From a virus (lineage: Duplodnaviria; Caudoviricetes): a stretch of DNA of 54,956 nt. The notes under the pieces were generated by a model. The model was not told the origin of the DNA and ran no database searches. It worked only from the letters and a program-made list of their open reading frames with translations. The position numbers and the translations under genes are program-made. Location: positions 1 through 54,956 of IMG/VR virus record IMGVR_UViG_3300006805_000037. The stretch is one strand, 5' to 3'. This document shows positions 45,106 through 52,657 of the stretch, in pieces (position 1 is the first letter of the stretch; each line of letters starts with the position of its first letter).

Positions 45106-45714
45106 TTATCGTTTTTCGTCGCGGCTACGGAGTCGGTGGTCGGTTTGTTCCCTTCTGATGTTCATATGGCGGGCTTCGCTGCCCGCTTGGTCAACGTCAC
45201 GCCGGATGGTCTTTCCGGTTGTTCCGAAGTATGCGGCTAGGTGAAGCGATACCAAGTCCTTGATGGCATAGCTTCGCTGCCCATAGCTTTCCTTGAGCGC
45301 GATCAAGCGCCCAAGTTCTTCCTCACGGTTACGCAAGCGAAGGCGCGCGGCAATGACGTCCTTATGAATGGTTATCATGCGCCTGATAGCATCTTCGCTT
45401 GGCTTCTTGCCGCCTTCTTCCTTGAGCGCGCCGACGCGGATGCTATCGTCGACTTGCGCCTCAACTTCCTTCAGTTCGTCAGCGGCGGCGTCCCGGCGTG
45501 AAGTGCCAAGCGCAACCGCGTCGGCAATCTTGTGAAACTTCACGCCATTCTCAATCAGGGCTTCGTCAAGGGCGTGCTGATCTAGCTGAAGCCCGTCAGC
45601 TAGGTCAGCTAGTTCCTTCTGGCGGCGTTCGGAGTCCCGGCTTGCCGGTACTCGTTCGGCTTCTGGTTCTGCGTCGCGGCTTGCTCTTGGGGTAGTTCGC
45701 TGAATGCGTGTCAT
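45106..45714 (-). CDS. Coiled-coil recombination mediator (UvsY-like)
   Basis: LQLDQHALDEAL...SEDAI...Y.QR..AIKDLV.L...YF, helical; sits beside SSB and RecA. Confidence 0.55.
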   Translation of the reverse strand: MTRIQRTTPRASRDAEPEAERVPASRDSERRQKELADLADGLQLDQHALDEALIENGVKFHKIADAVALGTSRRDAAADELKEVEAQVDDSIRVGALKEEGGKKPSEDAIRRMITIHKDVIAARLRLRNREEELGRLIALKESYGQRSYAIKDLVSLHLAAYFGTTGKTIRRDVDQAGSEARHMNIRREQTDHRLRSRDEKR

Positions 45715-46136
45715 GCTACATGACTCCATGATTTTCTGGTGACGATGGCGTGAACGTGCTGGAATGGAATGCCGAACCTATCCGCTAACGCCTTTAAGTT
45801 AGCATCGCGTGAGCGCGGAACGTAAGCGGCGCGTATCCTGCGAACTCTAGCGGCTGTCAATCTGGCGCGCCAGTTACCTTCGCCGCGCATGAAGTCATGG
45901 CTTCGACTCTTAGCGTTGCTTTCCCACTTCACAATGCGAACATTGCCTACCGCGTAAGGGCCAACATCACCAATTCGCGACATGACATAGAAACCGAGTC
46001 CACGGCCGCGAAGATGCAACCGGCGTGACTTGGTCCATATAACTAACCACTCAGCAAAACTCAGCTTGAACGCAATCTTGCGCCGTAAGGCTGAGTTCTT
46101 TTGGTCGTGATAAGCTTTCATGAGCGGTTTAGCCAT
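45711..46136 (-). CDS. HNH-like endonuclease with C-terminal HTH
   Basis: FKLSFAEW..IW...YVMSRIGDVGPYAVGNVRI, then GE.NWRARLT and HTH. Confidence 0.75.
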   Translation of the reverse strand: MAKPLMKAYHDQKNSALRRKIAFKLSFAEWLVIWTKSRRLHLRGRGLGFYVMSRIGDVGPYAVGNVRIVKWESNAKSRSHDFMRGEGNWRARLTAARVRRIRAAYVPRSRDANLKALADRFGIPFQHVHAIVTRKSWSHVA

Positions 46137-47050
46137 CAGAACATCGCCTTTGAAATGCTCAGCATAAGAGGACCCATGCCTTCGCTTCCGTTATACGTTT
46201 GACTGAATGCTTCAAGGACAAAGGTCGCGTCCTTGAATGCATCCTCAGTCTTGGCGCTCATAGCAACTTTACCGAAGTAATTGCAAACCTGAATGCGAAC
46301 GCCTTCCGGGTTCTCATCCTTCAGGTCAGCAATGATGCCGCCCAGCGTTGCCATGCTGCCCGGCTTGTTCAGGAACCGGCATAGCTCAAGCACCGGAACG
46401 CTTTCGGCCGCTTGCTGAATGAGAAGGTTGGCTTCCTTGCGGTCCTTCGCATCGGCGCATACGACCAGATGGCTAAGGGCTTGGCGCGGCGAACCGTCAG
46501 AAGCGGCAATGATGGCGTCAATAGCGCCGTCGCCTATCTTCAGCTTTTCGTCATCGGCCACTTGCTCAATGAGTTTCCTGAGCGCGGCGTCGGGCACCGG
46601 CTTCAAGTCAATTCGCATCCCGCGCGTGAGCATGGTCTTGGGTATCTTGCCGATGTTCGTCGTACAAAAGAACCAAAGCGCACCCTTCGGTTCTTCGGTT
46701 GACTTCAGCAAGGAGTCCCAAGCCTGTTTAGAAAGCCCATGGGCTTCGTCAATGATACCGACCCGCTTGCCGCCGCCGACCGGGCGGTAGCGCATCATAT
46801 CCTGAATTTCGCGCATCTTATCGATGCCCGAATTCGTTGCGGCGTCGGCCTCAATAATATCGCCGGGCTTGCAACCGACAACGCTGGCGGCGATGCGGGC
46901 CAAGGTGGTCTTGCCCGTTCCGCTAGGCCCGCTCAGAATGAAAACGGAAGCCCGCTTATTCGTCAGCGCGCCGTCCAGCGCCTTCACGGCCGCGCCTTGC
47001 CCGATAACTTCGGAGAACGTTCCCGGCCGGTATTTTGTAATGAAGTCCAT
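46136..47050 (-). CDS. Clamp loader AAA+ ATPase (DnaX/RFC-like)
   Basis: KYRP.TF.EVIGQ, GPSGTGKTT, IIDEAH, LLK..EEP, GSPR. Confidence 0.9.
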   Translation of the reverse strand: MDFITKYRPGTFSEVIGQGAAVKALDGALTNKRASVFILSGPSGTGKTTLARIAASVVGCKPGDIIEADAATNSGIDKMREIQDMMRYRPVGGGKRVGIIDEAHGLSKQAWDSLLKSTEEPKGALWFFCTTNIGKIPKTMLTRGMRIDLKPVPDAALRKLIEQVADDEKLKIGDGAIDAIIAASDGSPRQALSHLVVCADAKDRKEANLLIQQAAESVPVLELCRFLNKPGSMATLGGIIADLKDENPEGVRIQVCNYFGKVAMSAKTEDAFKDATFVLEAFSQTYNGSEGMGPLMLSISKAMF

Positions 47051-47088
47051 AGCCTACCCCTGCTTTCCTGTAACCATACGATTGTCGT

Positions 47089-49707
47089 TTATAGCTGAAC
47101 GAACCCTTCGCCTTTCGGGTTGTTCTTGAACTTGGCGACTTCCTTCGTTGAAAACCAATCGTCCCCGATGCTCATTTCAATTTCGAGCGGAAGCGGGTTG
47201 ACCCAGTCGAAGCGGACTTTCGTCATCTCACGGCAAACAATTTCCGCATACTTGTCGATGTCACGCGAATGCCAAAGGAAGGTCAGGTCGTCGTGAATTT
47301 CCATCGCGGGCTGATACTTCGTATAGTCTAGTTCGCTCAGCGCGTTCATGGCGCTGAGAACTATGATGGCTTCGTCGGCCTGAATGGGCGCATTGATAAT
47401 CTGGTTATGAGCAACCGGGGCGTGGCGGCGGTGACCTGAGCATCCGGTGACGTAGCCGTTCGCCTCATAGAACGCATGAAGGTCCTTGTGCCAGCCCGCG
47501 ATGTCAGGGAATTCCTCATAGAACCATTCCTGAAGTTCGCCTATCGCCTTCACGCTGGGAACGCAACGTCCGAACACCGCCAAGCCTTCGGCCATCTTTT
47601 CCTTGGCCGCAGCGCCGAAGAACGAAGGAAAGACGAACTGATTTTTGATACCGTTACGCGCGGCCTTCCATATCTTCGCGTCCTTGTGAGCGTTCAGCGG
47701 GGTCCAGTCCGGCGCAAGCTTGTCCATCTTGGTCAGCCAATCCGAATGGATGTCGTACCCGTCAATGAAGTATTGCGTTAGGCGGCGGTCCTTGGACTCC
47801 ATCGCGACGTTGCGGCCCTGAATGCCCGCGTAGTCGAACGATACGACCTTCTTCGTTTCATGCTTCACGCATTTTCTGATTTTGGCAGCGACCGAACGCT
47901 TGGGCCAATTTTGGATGTTCGGGTCTTCGGATGAGGTACGCCAAGTCGTGACCTTGGTCGTTGAGATAATCGGATGCGCAAGGCCGTCCTCAAATAGATA
48001 TTCGCTGCCCGGCGTCACGGCGTCGATGTAGGTAGCAAGCAACTTAGCCGCCTTGCGGTGGCGGATGGTATATTCAACCACCTTGTCCTTGTACTTGCCG
48101 ATTGCCTTCGCGTCGGTCTTATCGCCGCCCTTCTCAGTCTTGCTCAGCTTATGCCCAAGCTGGCGTAGTATCTTCGCCATGTGATGCGTGTTCGATGGCG
48201 AATAGGCTTCGCCGTTTATCTCAGCGAACTTTTTCACGCTGGGCAGCTTGGCTAGTTCGGCTTCGCATAGGGCGATTTCTTCGTCGTACTCACGCCGGAA
48301 TTCCTTGACTTCCTCTTGGTCAATCGGAATGCCTTGCATCTGGGTGAGAACAAGCGAAGGAATGCGCGCAAGCTGATGCGCGTACTGTTCCTCAAGGTCC
48401 TGTTCCCGAATGATGGGCATTTGCTCAAGGGCGAGTTCCTTGTGATACTTCGCGTCCAGCCCGTTATAGAGAAGCAATCGGCTGAGCGGTTCGTTCTCAA
48501 GGTTGCGCCGGTCAACCGGGTTCAGGTTCTTGATGTTAAAACCGAAGTGCTGAACGGTCAGGTTTTCCAGCGCAAGCAAGCCTTGCGTTTCGTTGATGAT
48601 ATAGGCTTGCGAAATCGTATCGACCCAGCCCCCGGCGCGAATGACTTCAGCGCCATAGAACACGCCCGCCCATTCCATTTCAAACGCAAGCTGATGAACA
48701 GCCTTGCGCGGAAGCCTGAGCATCAGCCACTTGTAATGCAGCTTGTGAAGCCGCCGCAATTGCTGCGGCGTCCACTTCGCGTCCTTATGCTCAACTGCGA
48801 TGCTGTAGGTCTGGTCGAAGCGTGAAACCGCAAACGAAAGAAGCTTCGCATCCGAGTTGTACGGGCGAAGCTTATTCGTTTCGATGTCGTAGCCCTGAAC
48901 GTCGTCGTCCTCAGCTAGAAGGAAGTCTTCAATTGCATCAAGGTCACGGTCACCGCCTGAGCCATCGAAGGTTTCCAGCCCCGCCATGATTTCCTTGAGG
49001 GAATGGATACGCGGGGCAGGAAGGTCGCCGCTGAGTATTTCGTCGCACGCCTTCCGCATGTAGAACTTGAAGGCGAATTCGTCATCCGACTCCATGCCTT
49101 CCCACTTGCGTTGCTTGAGAATATCGACCGGCGCTTGGAACGGGTACAGCCAACATTCGTGCGTCCCGATGCGAACCGGCATACGGCGGCCTTGCCAGAG
49201 GTTCGCGTGCGTTTCACCGTTGACCCATTTCAGCGCCGGGCCGCCAAACGTAAAGATGGCGTCGGGCCGGGCTTCCTCAATATCGCGGATGATACTAGGG
49301 CGGCAACACTCGGTCTCAACGAACGTAGGCAAGCGAACTTGGAACAGCGGGTCCGCGTCCTTGTTCAGATGCTCAACCTCTTTCGGGTCCATACCCGGAT
49401 GCGTTCGGATTGTATTGTTCAGCCGCGTGACGGCGAAAGCTTCGCGGGGCATGGCTTGCTTTATCAGCCGTAGCTCAGGCCCGGCGAACGGAACGTCCAT
49501 GCGGTCGGCCGAGTCGTTCGGCGCGGTGCCCAGCAAGTATATGAGCGGTTCGCGAACGCCTTCCGGTTGCATCTTCGGTGACCGGCAGTCCGCGCGGTTC
49601 AGCGGGCAGGACTTGCACTCGGTCTTGTGAAGCATCTGAACGTTTTGCGCCCCCGGCGTTCGGGCCGGGGACTTGGGCGCGCGGTTGTCAATTCCAAAGA
49701 ACCCCAT
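47089..49707 (-). CDS. Family A DNA polymerase with N-terminal UDG-like domain and 3'-5' exonuclease
   Basis: UDG4-like CxxCPL...G.AP...PF.G; exonuclease DIET and YNGLD; T.RTSS..PNIQN; motif A DYAGIQGR; INAPIQ; motif C IHDD. Confidence 0.92.
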   Translation of the reverse strand: MGFFGIDNRAPKSPARTPGAQNVQMLHKTECKSCPLNRADCRSPKMQPEGVREPLIYLLGTAPNDSADRMDVPFAGPELRLIKQAMPREAFAVTRLNNTIRTHPGMDPKEVEHLNKDADPLFQVRLPTFVETECCRPSIIRDIEEARPDAIFTFGGPALKWVNGETHANLWQGRRMPVRIGTHECWLYPFQAPVDILKQRKWEGMESDDEFAFKFYMRKACDEILSGDLPAPRIHSLKEIMAGLETFDGSGGDRDLDAIEDFLLAEDDDVQGYDIETNKLRPYNSDAKLLSFAVSRFDQTYSIAVEHKDAKWTPQQLRRLHKLHYKWLMLRLPRKAVHQLAFEMEWAGVFYGAEVIRAGGWVDTISQAYIINETQGLLALENLTVQHFGFNIKNLNPVDRRNLENEPLSRLLLYNGLDAKYHKELALEQMPIIREQDLEEQYAHQLARIPSLVLTQMQGIPIDQEEVKEFRREYDEEIALCEAELAKLPSVKKFAEINGEAYSPSNTHHMAKILRQLGHKLSKTEKGGDKTDAKAIGKYKDKVVEYTIRHRKAAKLLATYIDAVTPGSEYLFEDGLAHPIISTTKVTTWRTSSEDPNIQNWPKRSVAAKIRKCVKHETKKVVSFDYAGIQGRNVAMESKDRRLTQYFIDGYDIHSDWLTKMDKLAPDWTPLNAHKDAKIWKAARNGIKNQFVFPSFFGAAAKEKMAEGLAVFGRCVPSVKAIGELQEWFYEEFPDIAGWHKDLHAFYEANGYVTGCSGHRRHAPVAHNQIINAPIQADEAIIVLSAMNALSELDYTKYQPAMEIHDDLTFLWHSRDIDKYAEIVCREMTKVRFDWVNPLPLEIEMSIGDDWFSTKEVAKFKNNPKGEGFVQL

Positions 49708-49710
49708 AGC

Positions 49711-50760
49711 TTAGTTATCCATCAGGCTAATGAAGTACATCAGGCGGCCGCTTTCCTTGCTCATGACAAGCGCGCGCTCAGTGACAAGGATTTCCTCAAG
49801 GTCAGCGCCTTCCTGAACCCGCGAAGCATCGACCGTCACGTCAACGCCGCCATGCCCCTTGAGAATGCACTGGTCGGTAACATCGCCCGCTTCTGACTTT
49901 GTGAACATGGTGACCATGCCGCCGTCCTCGACAGTGAGGCGGGTCTTGGTTCGCGCGATGCCTGACTTGCCGATGATAGCCGCACGCTGAATGGCGGCCG
50001 GAAACTTCTCAGGTATCGGGTACAGGTCGCCGGGGTTGGCCTCAAGGACTTCGCCAATGAAGTCTAGTTCGCCGTCATCTGGCATGAGCGTTTGCGCCCA
50101 AAGCTTCGTCCCGCCGGGTACGCCCATCAGGCAATCGTTATCGGTTATCTCAACCATGACGTCGTCGCCGTCATCCTTGAACAAGCTGACGGCTTGCTTG
50201 CACCATTCGACCGGAATGATAGCGCGCTTCGCGTCCATCTGCCCGGTGACGCTACCATAAGAAACCGTTACGCGGTCATGGCCGAATAGCATCAGCTTCT
50301 TCTTGGTTCGAATGGCGGTCACGCCCATCATATCGGCGCGAACCTTTTCATTCCCGATTGAGCGCATACACATATTGAGCGCATCGGTGAATTGCTGAAG
50401 GTCAACCTCATACGGTTCTTTCGGAAGCGGCGGCGATGTTTCCAGATATTCCGCGAAGTCCTCAAGCGGCATGATTGCAAGCTTGAACTTTGCCGACGCC
50501 GCCTTGACGTGAAGCGCGCCCTTGTCATCAAACAGTTCAATTTCCTTCGCGGCCGAAGTCTCAAGCAATTGCTTCAGCGTTTTAGGAACGCCGCCCTTGA
50601 AGTCGGTCACGCAAGGAACGCTGATGCCAATGATGCCATTGAAGGCAACTAGCCGCTTGCCGGTAAACCAGAACTGGCAAAGGACCGGGATAGCGGTCGA
50701 GTCGCTGACGGCCGACTCGACCTTGCTCAGGTTGCTCAGTAGCGCGGCGCGGGAAGTCAT
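49711..50760 (-). CDS. Sliding clamp (DnaN/beta-like)
   Basis: About 350 aa with N-terminal SRAALL..L..V..AV.....IPVL; upstream of the polymerase and clamp loader. Confidence 0.7.
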   Translation of the reverse strand: MTSRAALLSNLSKVESAVSDSTAIPVLCQFWFTGKRLVAFNGIIGISVPCVTDFKGGVPKTLKQLLETSAAKEIELFDDKGALHVKAASAKFKLAIMPLEDFAEYLETSPPLPKEPYEVDLQQFTDALNMCMRSIGNEKVRADMMGVTAIRTKKKLMLFGHDRVTVSYGSVTGQMDAKRAIIPVEWCKQAVSLFKDDGDDVMVEITDNDCLMGVPGGTKLWAQTLMPDDGELDFIGEVLEANPGDLYPIPEKFPAAIQRAAIIGKSGIARTKTRLTVEDGGMVTMFTKSEAGDVTDQCILKGHGGVDVTVDASRVQEGADLEEILVTERALVMSKESGRLMYFISLMDN

Positions 50761-50818
50761 GGGGTTCTCACCTTTTGGTTGTACCGGGGCCGCTATCGGC
50801 CGGGGGAAGTCGCCGCCT

Positions 50819-50917
50819 AGAACCATGCCCAGCGGCCGGGAAACGGGGTCTACGTTCGTTCCGGGGGCTTGGCCGGTATCCCTGCCGCCCACCGGGGCCT
50901 CAGGCCGCCCCTGAGGG
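50819..50917. repeat. Dispersed intergenic element, copy D
   Basis: AGAACCATGCCCAGCGGCCGGGAAACGGGGTCTACGTTCGTT...GGCCGGTATCCCTGCCGCCC...AGGCCGCCCCTGAGGG. Confidence 0.8.
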
Positions 50918-50931
50918 CCGCCGAATGAAGA

Positions 50932-50960
50932 ACCGGGGGCGGTTACTGGCCGCCCCCGGT
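50932..50960 (-). terminator. Probable intrinsic terminator
   Basis: ACCGGGGGCGG/CCGCCCCCGGT 11-bp stem followed by TCTTCATT on the minus strand. Confidence 0.6.
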
Positions 50961-50987
50961 AGGCGCATTCTGTAGGGCTGGGGGGTC

Positions 50988-51800
50988 TTACAGAATGGCT
51001 TTCTTCAGTTGCTTGTTATCCTGAAGGAACTTGATGCTATGCCGGAACTCGGTGCGAATGCCGGATACCGTTGTTTTCGAAACGGTGACCTTCGCGCCCA
51101 GCTTCTTGATAATCGCGTCGACCGAGGCCGCCGGGGTTTCAAGAATGATGGCCTTGATTTTGTTCTTCAGGGCCGCCGGAACAGTTTCTTCAGCTTCAGG
51201 TTCGTCGGCTTCTTCTTCCTTGCCCCGGCGTGAACCGCGCGCCGGTGGTTCATCTTCTTCTTCGTCCTTGCCGCGCCGCGAACGGGCGGGCGGTTCATCT
51301 TCTTCTTCGTCCTTCGCGCGGCGTGACCGCGCTGGGGGTTCGTCATCTTCTTCGTCCTTGGCCCGGCGGCTTCTTGCCGGGGGTTCGTCATCTTCTTCGT
51401 CACGGCCGCGACCGCGACCGCGCGCTGGCGGTTCATCTTCTTCTTCGTCCTTGCGCGAACCCCGGCCGCGTGCTGGGGGTTCGTCATCTTCTTCGTCCTT
51501 CCGGCCGCGCGAACGCGCCGGTGGTTCGTCGTCTTCAGCCGCCGCGCGGCGGCTACGCGCGGGCGGTTCATCTTCTTCCTGCCCGGCGTCTTCGAAGTCC
51601 TCAATATCTTCCTTGTCTTCGACCGCCTGATTGGCAGCGTTCGCCCACTTCTGGGCATCGGCGCTCAGCTTGTTCCACTTCGCATCCGGCAACTTCGACG
51701 CCGCTTCAGCGAGTCGGTCGAGAAAATTCTGACGGCCTTCCTTGCGGCCCTCATCTTCCTCCCCGGTAACCTTGAGAAGTTCGGCTTCAATTTTTGACAT
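50988..51800 (-). CDS. Protein with eight tandem DEPPAR mixed-charge repeats between two folded-looking ends
   Basis: Repeat unit (K)DEE(E/D)DEPPAR(S/G)R; GAAAGG RBS before ATG 51800. Confidence 0.8.
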   Translation of the reverse strand: MSKIEAELLKVTGEEDEGRKEGRQNFLDRLAEAASKLPDAKWNKLSADAQKWANAANQAVEDKEDIEDFEDAGQEEDEPPARSRRAAAEDDEPPARSRGRKDEEDDEPPARGRGSRKDEEEDEPPARGRGRGRDEEDDEPPARSRRAKDEEDDEPPARSRRAKDEEEDEPPARSRRGKDEEEDEPPARGSRRGKEEEADEPEAEETVPAALKNKIKAIILETPAASVDAIIKKLGAKVTVSKTTVSGIRTEFRHSIKFLQDNKQLKKAIL

Positions 51801-51865
51801 CGGTATTACCTTTCTTGCCTTCCTCACAATCGCCTAGCGCCTCATGCGACTAGGCAAACTTTCGC

Positions 51866-52375
51866 TTACCGGTTCAGGACATGCTCACGGACCAATAAGT
51901 GAAATTCATCGGGCAGCGTGACGCCGCCCATAATTCTCGAAAGCCATTCGGTGGTGGTTTCGCGCGTGCCGTTGGCCTTGCGCTTCTGTTTCCAGTTGGC
52001 GCGGTTCGGATGCGCTGCAACGGTGTCGAACAATTGCTGAATGAGCGGCGGGGCGTTTTCCCAAAGGAAGCCTTCGTGCTGGTTCAGCGGAAGGTCGATG
52101 TTCTCACCCTCAAGCGATGCGCTCAGCATATGTTTGCGGCGCTTGTTCGCAAGGTCATGAATATGGTTTGTGAAAGTCGTCTTGAACAAGGACATCAAAT
52201 GCGCCTTGTTCTTGGCTTTGCCCTTGTAGTTTTCCGCCACCTTCAGGTAACAGGCATAGCCATCTTGAACCAAGTCCGAACGGGTCATGTAGCCTTCGAC
52301 CCGCCAAAAGTTTTTGTCGGCTGTTTTTATCAGCCAACCGACCGCTCCGCTATCCATAGTGATGCCCCAGTCCAA
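51866..52375 (-). CDS. Sigma-70 region-2-like protein (possible phage sigma factor)
   Basis: SDLVQDGY..YLKV...Y....F.T...N.I.DL..KR resembles ECF sigma region 2. Confidence 0.5.
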   Translation of the reverse strand: MDWGITMDSGAVGWLIKTADKNFWRVEGYMTRSDLVQDGYACYLKVAENYKGKAKNKAHLMSLFKTTFTNHIHDLANKRRKHMLSASLEGENIDLPLNQHEGFLWENAPPLIQQLFDTVAAHPNRANWKQKRKANGTRETTTEWLSRIMGGVTLPDEFHLLVREHVLNR

Positions 52376-52555
52376 GAGATGCTATTTCAATTCCAATTCG
52401 GCCGGGCTGCATGAGCGGGACCCGGCCAAGCTCCGTCCCTCATAGCGAACGACCCCGTGGCAACAGGAGTCCGCTTTCGCCCCATGCTGGCGAAGTCGCA
52501 ACTAGTCAGATTTTGGAAGCTTGCCACGTAGAAGTTTAGAAAGTCAGGACGCGAA

Positions 52556-52584
52556 CCATGCCTAACGCCGGGGGACCTTGCAAG
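52556..52584 (-). promoter_or_regulatory. Putative sigma70-type promoter
   Basis: Minus strand TTGCAA-N17-CATGGT, preceded by an A/T tract, upstream of the sigma-like gene. Confidence 0.4.
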
Positions 52585-52657
52585 CGAAAAATTGCGCCTT
52601 GGCGGAAGCCAATGTTTCCCTTGTTTTGCGGGCCTTGGCGGGCATGACCCCCAAGCC

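Noticed and set aside
47089-49707. Intron or intein in the polymerase, terminase or RecA
   Set aside because: All three ORFs are continuous and of normal length, with no intein-type splice-junction insert.
50761-50892. N-terminal extension of the clamp ORF (and likewise 38623-38769 for SbcC and 27663-27842 for the GT)
   Set aside because: The extensions cross repeat copy D or overlap upstream genes. Better starts with RBS or coupling exist at 50760, 38622 and 27662.
51230-51580. Regularly spaced GGTTC(G/A)TCATCTTCTTCGTCC repeats resembling a CRISPR array
   Set aside because: Units keep the reading frame, vary at synonymous positions and encode the DEPPAR peptide. The spacers are related to each other and no cas genes are present.
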